A DNA stretch of 63,739 nucleotides, the filler included, from Platydemus manokwari (lineage: Eukaryota): the NCBI GenBank assembly GCA_037951405.1. It is 5 parts of 5 records of this genome, joined end to end, with 100 filler letters (N's around TTAATTAATTAA, not from the genome) between each part and the next. Parts side by side here need not be neighbours in the genome. Positions count along the whole stretch, not along the records: positions 54,831 to 63,739 come from JBBMOY011331539.1; 4 more parts are not named here. The stretch is one strand, 5' to 3'. The number at the start of each line of letters is the position of its first letter. Positions within the stretch are counted from its first letter, which is position 1. Positions 55,601-63,739 of the stretch are shown in pieces. The notes under the pieces were generated by a model. The model did not search any database, had not been told where the DNA came from, and worked only from the letters and a program-made list of their open reading frames with translations. The position numbers and the translations under genes were made by a program.

Positions 55601-58149
55601 TTTTAATCCTATTTTATTTCATTTATTGAATTTATTATGATTATTTTATGCATTTTCTTATTTTAATTTTTAATAATTCTATATATAAAATGTTTAGTTT
55701 TCTTTTTCATAAATACTATCTTATTTTATTATTATTTTAGTATTTTGGTGAAAATTCATATTCATAAATTATTTAAAATATGAATCTTGATAAAATATAA
55801 TATTCACAAAAATGAAAATGGAATGTAAAATACACAAAAACGCAAGTGATTGTTTATATTACATTGGATTTGGCTTTTCTGTTGGATTTATGGATTGTGA
55901 TAAAAATCCGTTCTCTTGATCGATGATGTCTTGCTACAAATATATATGACACTTTTCCTGGGTATTTTCATTATCTTGCGACCGATTCCAATTACTGGCT
56001 TATTTTCTTGATCACGTAAATATCTTAACAGTAATCAGATTTGGTGTCTCTAAGGTAACTTGACTAATAGTATTAGCAACAGGCATTGTAGTAACTCATT
56101 CGAGTCAACGAGAATCTATTTGTCGAGAGTTGATTGACTGTAGAAAAAAGGTATATATTATTGTGTCAAATTTTATCACGGAGCTTACGGATAAACGTTT
56201 CACTTATGGAAATCTTCAATGTTTATTCAAAAATAAAAATTACTTTGGATTACTGGATATCGTAGAAATAAATTAGTTTGAGAATAAATAAGTTTCTAAT
56301 TCTAGTGGGTTAACAAACCGTATTTGTTTTATTAACTCATTAAGAATTCTGTGATGTGGCTTTTGCTAATTTTATCACCTGAAATGCGCTGGACTTTTAC
56401 CAATAATTTTATTCCATTGTATTTTGTCTCTGAAACTTTATAGAATTGCTTTTAGGTTTTACAGGTGTTTCATTCTAGCGTCCTATTGCTATTTAATTGT
56501 TAGTACTATATTTCATGTTTTATTTCTTGCGAATTTAATTTATTGTTTGCTCCAAAAATTAGTTTTTTTTATAACTGTTTAACACTCATTTATTTTACTT
56601 GGTAGTAAGCTAACTGTTTACAATTATTTAATTATTTGGTGACTACTAGTTATAAAGTTCTTATGTACAATTCCTGATTTTTTTAACATTGGTTTTATAT
56701 CGAACATTTATTCCATAATAAAATATACTCACAACGATATATTTAATATTCTGGTTCAAAATGGCAAATGCCTGAGACGCGCTCTGCCAAATTTGGGTAA
56801 GAATTTATTTCAATTTTCTTTTCGTATAAAAATATTTATGACCTATATATTAATTACAATAATGTAAGTTCGTCTATCTATTTTTATTGCATAATAAGAA
56901 AAGTACAAATCGATCATCAATTTTTTTAATAAACTTAAGTAACGTGGCTCTAAGTGAGATTGAGTAAATTCATCTAAATATAATATATTATGTGATTTGG
57001 TATCTTATTTATTTGATAAATCATTTTATTGATCTTTATATGTGATTACTGTATTTTGATCTTAACTTTATTACTCTTTTATCCGTTTTACCGACATAAT
57101 GAAATAGAGTCAAGGAACTCAAGAACCAACAAATAGTTGAGTTGTAAAATTATAATTTTGTACATGATCAATAAATCACTGTCACATTAAATTATTACAA
57201 GATATTTTTGATTTGTTTAAGATTTATATTGCAGTTAACTCTCGTAATAGAATTTTTATTTGAACAGAGACGTAATTATGTTGAGTTGCCGCATTCAGAC
57301 CCCATAGTTTCCGTAACTAATTTTTAATATGATGCAAATCATTGCCATAGGTGTAATATACCTTAATGTCTATTTTTGGCCTCGCATTTTGTATTATATG
57401 TGTAGTCTATAATCAATTTCTTTAGCTAATACCTTTATGATTCTTTTGTATTTTATATCAACAAGCAGTTTATGATTGCTGATAATTCAAATAGTATATT
57501 GATTCTAGATTTTATTATAAAACCTCTTCATCTTATTTAAGTTAAATCGCATAGCATGACAGGTTCGTATATATGAAATATGGATTTTAAAAAAATTAGC
57601 AAGAGTGATAAATTTACTTGATGCGCTATTGAACAGCTAGGGTTGAACGATGGATAACTATAACTTTCAGTTAAAAAACTGATTATAAACTGAATGAATA
57701 AGCGAATCTTCTCGAACGATATTGATTAACAAATGCAAATCTCTAGTAATCTTGTGGTTTAAGATGCAAAAATTTATTACAAAACATAAAATTTTCTCTT
57801 TTGAAAATCAAAGTCTGAAATTCTGGTTTTTATAATCCAAATTTTTTAAGTCGTATTCTGTTTTCGCAAGCATGGATATGTTCACTGTGTGCTTTTCTTT
57901 AGTCTAATCTTCTCGTTCCGCGATCACCCCGTATTTCATCAATTACCAAGCTAAAATCTAAAAAACAAAATATAGTTATGTAACAATAATAAAACTCATC
58001 TCCGTTGCGAAATTTTTTATGATCTAAAATTAAAATGCAACGTAATTTTTATTCTATATCCTATAATCGATTTATACACGGTTTTCTCCATGACGAGATG
58101 ATCTCAGCAATAAAGATAGATGTACTATACCAAACTATAAAATTAAACA

Positions 58150-59210
58150 GAAAGGTGGAGAAGACGATATTGTCCTAGATACACCTTATAAACAACAGAC
58201 AATAATAATAATAGAAATACCTAATTGGATATTCCTTTTACGTGTGTATAATAGAAGTAGAAACAAGAAGTGGAGCCAAGTCATTTGAACTCTCACTATC
58301 TAACCCTATTCGTCTCAAGACTCCATTCTGTGGATCCCATAATCCTAAACAATCTACGTTTAACACATGAACACTCACCGAAGTTCTGGATTGCCTAGCT
58401 ATTGAACTGCCAGGTCTTCTTACTTTCGGTAGTTTCTCCAAGTTATTCCTATAAATTTTCTTCCTTATCAAGTCGGACCTTAAGATCTACAAGGAAGGGC
58501 ATTATATCCTAAAGCAATATGCCTTTTAACCAAAATTGCAAGCAATGCATTATTCTTAGACATCGCCTCATAAGGGTTACCAATGTAATGGTTGAATACG
58601 TTAGCCATCGATTCCATTGCTGTACTGCATCGACAGTAATTCAAATCTTTACTCTGCATTACATAGAAAGGAAGGAAATTCAGCGATAAATGATTATTAC
58701 TATCCAAGACAAAGAAGTGCTAAACCTGTGGTGACAACACAATTGAATTCAAAACTCTCATTGAAACCTTGGATAACGCAACAGTCATAACTAACATACT
58801 TTTTGTCAGTCCAAGAGACAAAACTCAAGAAGCCAAATCCATCATGAAATATTGAACACAATTTATCCTACTTTTTTGGCCTATCATATACTGTGAATCC
58901 ATAAAGATAACCTTAACAAATATGTCTCCTTCAAGCAAGACGAACTTACAATCTATTCCTAATTTCCGCAGAGTCCAGAATCCCAACGGAACCTTCAACT
59001 ACCAAGAGCCCGGTCCAGCATGCTTATCATCAGTTATGTTGTTTAACCAGTTAAGAGCCTTTTGGAATTCGTCATCTTCATAACGATTGAAACGTTTGCT
59101 CACTACTGCGATCAATCTCTTGTATAAAAGGGTTAACAAGCCAAGGAGACTGACATCAGGACAATATAGTCGAAAAACATTGATCAAGAAGCTATGGAAA
59201 GAACGTTAAA
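58150..59210 (-). mobile_element. 3' fragment of an RLE-type LINE (CCHC knuckle plus restriction-like endonuclease)
   Basis: CRCSTAMESMANVFNHYIGN...KNNALLAILVK resembles CR.C...ET..HV.NHC...RHN. RSDLI resembles RPDL and VDCLGLWDPQNGVLRRIG resembles VG.LG.W...N..L..LG. Confidence 0.8.
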
Positions 59211-60299
59211 ATAGAAATTGTTAAACGAATTTTCTTTGGAAATAAATATCAAAAATATTATATTATTAACAGCAGTTGTAAAATAAGAAAAGAACTTATT
59301 ATTAGCTTATTGACAATCATTATTAGCAAATTAGCTTACTCTTGATGTTGTGCTTTGATTTTGAGAAAATAGGTGCTGGTCTCGTCAATAACAAACACCA
59401 AAATATATTTTTATAAATTTAAAATCTTCAGTCTTTCTTTCATTTTCCTTTGAGGAATTGCTTTTAATTTTATGTAAATTCTCCGATCCTTAGTTGTATT
59501 AGAGGCATTGGGGTCAGTGTGCCCATCACTGCTCTACCAAAAATCCTTTCTAAAAAGTATGTTTCGGGTTTATTGATTTTTTGTTTTAATTATCGTTATT
59601 GTTATCAATCAGTCTCTTTTAAACTTGTTTCAATATTTGAGAATAGATCACAGTCGTCTTATCAATCTCACGTGGTTCTATTACAAACCCGAGGTTATTT
59701 CTATTACAAACTTTATTTTTAGTGTTTATCTTCGCCTCGCGTATAATATTGTATGAAGACAATATATACGGCAACTATGATCTATAAAACTATTTATCAA
59801 CCTTATCAGTCTCAAACAATTATTATTGCACTCAAATTTCACTATCTATGATCAATAAAAGACAACTGAATACACTAAGATTTATTATAACAAATTAATA
59901 CCAAATAAAAAAGTATAAAAATTATACACAGAATAAAAATGGTACTGAAACGATTATCTTAACAAATTCTGAGGGTTCCTTCTAGCGGAGCAAAACCAGT
60001 TACCTTTAAGATGGGTTTTTGAGACAAAGCTCGATTGTAAAATAATACATGATACGTATATAGTATTGATCATTCATTTATACACTATCTGACTTATGTT
60101 AACTGCAAAATGGCTTCTTGGCATAACAAATATGATTGCCGTGGAGCAATGCTTTCTTGAATCAAAATCTTCGATCTCAATAGAGCTTCACGCAACTAGT
60201 GATTTCTCAGAAATGGGCAAGGTTGTGGTGATTTTAACCTCCTTATATACTTTTTCATTGCTCTGAGAAAATCGCTACTATTTGTCTCATTTATTTTTA

Positions 60300-60960
60300 C
60301 AATTATTTTGATATCGTAACATTTAATTAATTCCCCTATATTTCTAATATTTGATTTATTCTCAAATTATTTCATGATTTATTAAAAAGATAGAAATTTG
60401 TTAGGATAATATTACAAAACATTTACAATGAAATACTGTAACAATTTATAAAACTGTTCATGCAATTCTACTCTTCTAAAAATACATTGTTACATAAAAA
60501 CTTGATTATACTGTATACAGCAATGGATACATATCTTTCTCCTATTATACATCGATACATAACTTTTTAGACTACATTATACATTGGTACATTGCTTTTT
60601 AAAATACTATTATAATATGCATTGAATGTAACTTAGTTTTTATCCCTTGTTACTTGATAATTGATTGAGCGTTATTTCTCAAATCTCCGATAAGTACTTG
60701 ATGAAATGTAACTGATTACAAAATTATTGATAAATAACCACCTATGTGCTTTTGCTAATACAGTTACCAGACATTCAGTTGTTTCGGTTATCCTGATTCA
60801 CGGGATTCTTACCAAATGTATGGTTGTTTATTCCAAGTTTTACAATGCAATTAATTAATTTGACCCCTTTAGTCATAGTTTTTTCAAATATCAGAGTAAT
60901 CATATCACATATTTTTAAAACAAGGGTTTGGATTAAATTAAATTTATAGACTTTTAAATA
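60300..60960 (-). mobile_element. Possible APE-endonuclease LINE remnant (CR1/L2-like)
   Basis: Weak motifs IGGYLS and VLIGDL on the minus strand near 60680-60750. Heavily decayed. Confidence 0.3.
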
Positions 60961-63739
60961 TTTAGCTTGATTAAGAACTTCCAAGGCAATAAATAATTAT
61001 ATTTCTTTATCGATATTATATTGTTACAGATGTTGGGATTTGGGCTTATAAGTCTTCCCAATCAATAAGTCCGATGAGGCTAGCCTGACGTAAATTCAAA
61101 TTCGACTATCAGTCTATTTAAATAACAACTATTTATTATATAAACTATGATAATTCAAAACAATTATTAAGTAATAAATAAAAGACTATTTGATGAGAAT
61201 AATCCGGTATTGAAGCTAATAAAATTACTAATTGTTTCTCGATATATTACAAAAAACAATTATAGACAATGGATTTATTTTAATTAATTGATCGACATAA
61301 CAATCTATTTATTTACTTTCAGCAATCACCAGTTTATCTCACAGTTTATGGTAGGGATTGGTCGTTTCGAATTTGACGAAATGATTCTTGTAAATACTGA
61401 TTTTAGAAAAATATAGATATTAACTAGAATTATTTAGTCGCCGCACATTTGAGTTTTTACCGTCTTGACATAGTATTCAGAATTGCCAACGTTGTCTGAC
61501 CTTTAGTTTGTGTGCTCTTCCGAGTTTGTGGATCCTTCTTCTTAAGAATAATATCGTAAGCAGCTTTTCTTTTTAGAAATGATTCTTTATCGCTGAGATT
61601 TTTATGAGCGGATTTTTATGATTTTTGTTGCCTATTTATACTATTTTAGAAGTGGAAAATCTAATTAAGAAATTTAAAATATTTTTATTTTTTCCGCTTC
61701 GAAATTGAAATTATTTTCTTTTTCCAAAAAATTACTTCTATTTATTTTAATAAATTTGTTTATTTAATACTATTATTTTAGAATTCTTAGACCTTTTTAG
61801 AAATTCTAATGAATTAATTTTGGAATTCCTATATAAATTTAGCGCACTAAAACAAATTTCAATTTTTATGAGTAAATTTTTCTTTTCGTTATTTTTATTA
61901 TTTATCATTTTATGTTGTCCGATTTTATTATAACTTTATTTTAAGTTCATTTTTATTAAAATTTCATTTTCAATTATTTTTAAAAATTATTATTTGTTAT
62001 TATATATACATCAAGATATAAGAGTATACATTTATAATTAATGAGGTCTTGGGAATTACAGGATTCAAGAAAAAGATTTGAGACAAATTTAAAATGATCA
62101 AATCACAAAATGTAAATATTTACAAATATCCATGGTCGAACTCCTCATAAATGTCTACTCATTTGTGGAGTTCCCACCACTTTTATGTTTCGATCCTTGC
62201 ATCATCTGGGATTACTGAATTAAGCGTTTTTGTTTTCGCTATGGGAGGATATCATCAACTCACTTGCATCAAATATCTTGATGTAGCAGCATTGTAGGAC
62301 TAATTATTGATGATGAGTTCATATAGAAAATAAATAATGAAAACATTAAAATAATTCACTGATCTCGATTGGCTTTGAATTGAAGTAGAATTTATATAAT
62401 TAAGAAAACGATTATTTTTAATGGTCTTATAAAGTGAATTTCATTTGGTTTAGGTCACTTTTGATTATTAAAAATGACAACACTGGCCGAATAAAAATAT
62501 TTACCGATAAGTTTTAGCAAGTTAAATAAAGTAACTTAAAGCTTTAAATAGTCATTTCATTAATAAAAAGAAATTTTCTGCAATAAACGAGGTTGGAGGT
62601 TGTAATTTTTCAGTATCAGTAATAAATACGGATTGCATTTTAAATTATGGTATCACGTGTTAGATTTACCAGTTATATATATTATTGAGTTACCCAAGAG
62701 TTTTTGCTATGCTGGTCAAACTTTTATCAATCAATAATGATTCTTTTTTCATTTTTGGATAAATATATTTATTAGTAAGATACTGAAACTAGCTATGTAA
62801 GTATAAAAATAATAAAATTTTTATTTTAAAAATGAATAATAATATGACATGGGATTGAAATAATACTAATTTATTGTATAATAAAATTAAGATAAATATA
62901 AATCTTTTTATGAAATCTTCTAATATTTATTTTAGAGAAAGTCTGAGTTCTGAGTATACTTTGGACTGCTTTTTTGTGTTTATTATGATATTGCGCGTTG
63001 CTTAAATATTGTTAATCTATTTTGTTTATTTGCCCTAATTTGTTTTGTTATTATAGTTTTGATTTTTTTTTATATCTAACTTTTCTTCAAATTCGCCTTT
63101 ACAGTTAAATACTTATTTGGATTATAAATGGCAACAATTATGGTTCTTATTATTATTAGGGTTAGATATTGGTTTGTGTTAAGTGCAAAGATTCCTTTTC
63201 ACTTTTGCTGAAATGATCACTAAATTTTCAAAGGTATTTTCCCACTGTAGAACTTCACTTTGCTTTCGAGTTATATCGATTGAGTTATTGATTGGATTAG
63301 GTTCTTGATAGTGATATCGTTAAACAGTTTATTTGTTAAATTATTTTCTTATTTATCCTATAATTTGTATTTTTTAAATTTATATTATTATTACTATTAT
63401 TATTATCATTTTAGTAATTTAGATACTTGTTATTCATTATTGTTCTTTATTCGTAGTGCATTTCTTTAATAATTTTAAAGATAGAAAAATAATTTGCTTA
63501 ATTTGATGATACTAAATATTTTTCAAAAGCATGGAATTGGCACGCTGATTGATAAAAAAAATAATGAATAAAGGAAAATATTAAATAATCACTAATTGTA
63601 AAAAATGTGTTATCAAATGTAACGGACAAAAACATTATTGGTTGAATATTGTGTGATTGTCTCTTTCTATCTTGATATTATTGTATATCCATAAATATTT
63701 TATCAGTCTATAAAGTATAACCACTAATAAATTAATAAA

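Noticed and set aside
58238-59187. Possible endogenous RNA-virus protein fragments
   Set aside because: Reading across the stops reveals LINE CCHC and RLE motifs, so a non-LTR retrotransposon explains it better.

Overview
AT-rich eukaryotic genomic scaffold, most likely from a flatworm and probably a planarian. This is inferred from the flatworm-type paramyosin, the 44-60 nt introns and the very high AT content. The window joins five contigs with artificial 100-nt gaps (N44-TTAATTAATTAA-N44). Host genes are a complete 15-exon paramyosin (+, with one GC-AG intron), nicalin (-), a prospero/Prox homeo-prospero gene (+), the 3' part of a DUF4592/CRACD-like disordered protein (-), and a damaged one-exon-per-domain Ig-like type-I membrane receptor (-) split by Ty3/Gypsy remnants. 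Much of the rest is decayed transposons: three NeSL/Utopia-type RLE LINE fragments, Gypsy, pogo/Tigger, a Polinton-like pPolB fragment, and possible Helitron, piggyBac and Tc1 ends. The most unusual object is a decayed minus-strand element at about 9.07-13.6 kb. Read by hand across its stops and frameshifts, it encodes in order a chuvirus-like (Jingchuvirales-type) envelope glycoprotein, a retropepsin-like protease and a REXO4/ISG20-like DEDDh 3'-5' exonuclease. All family assignments come from manual translation and remembered motifs, not from database searches.
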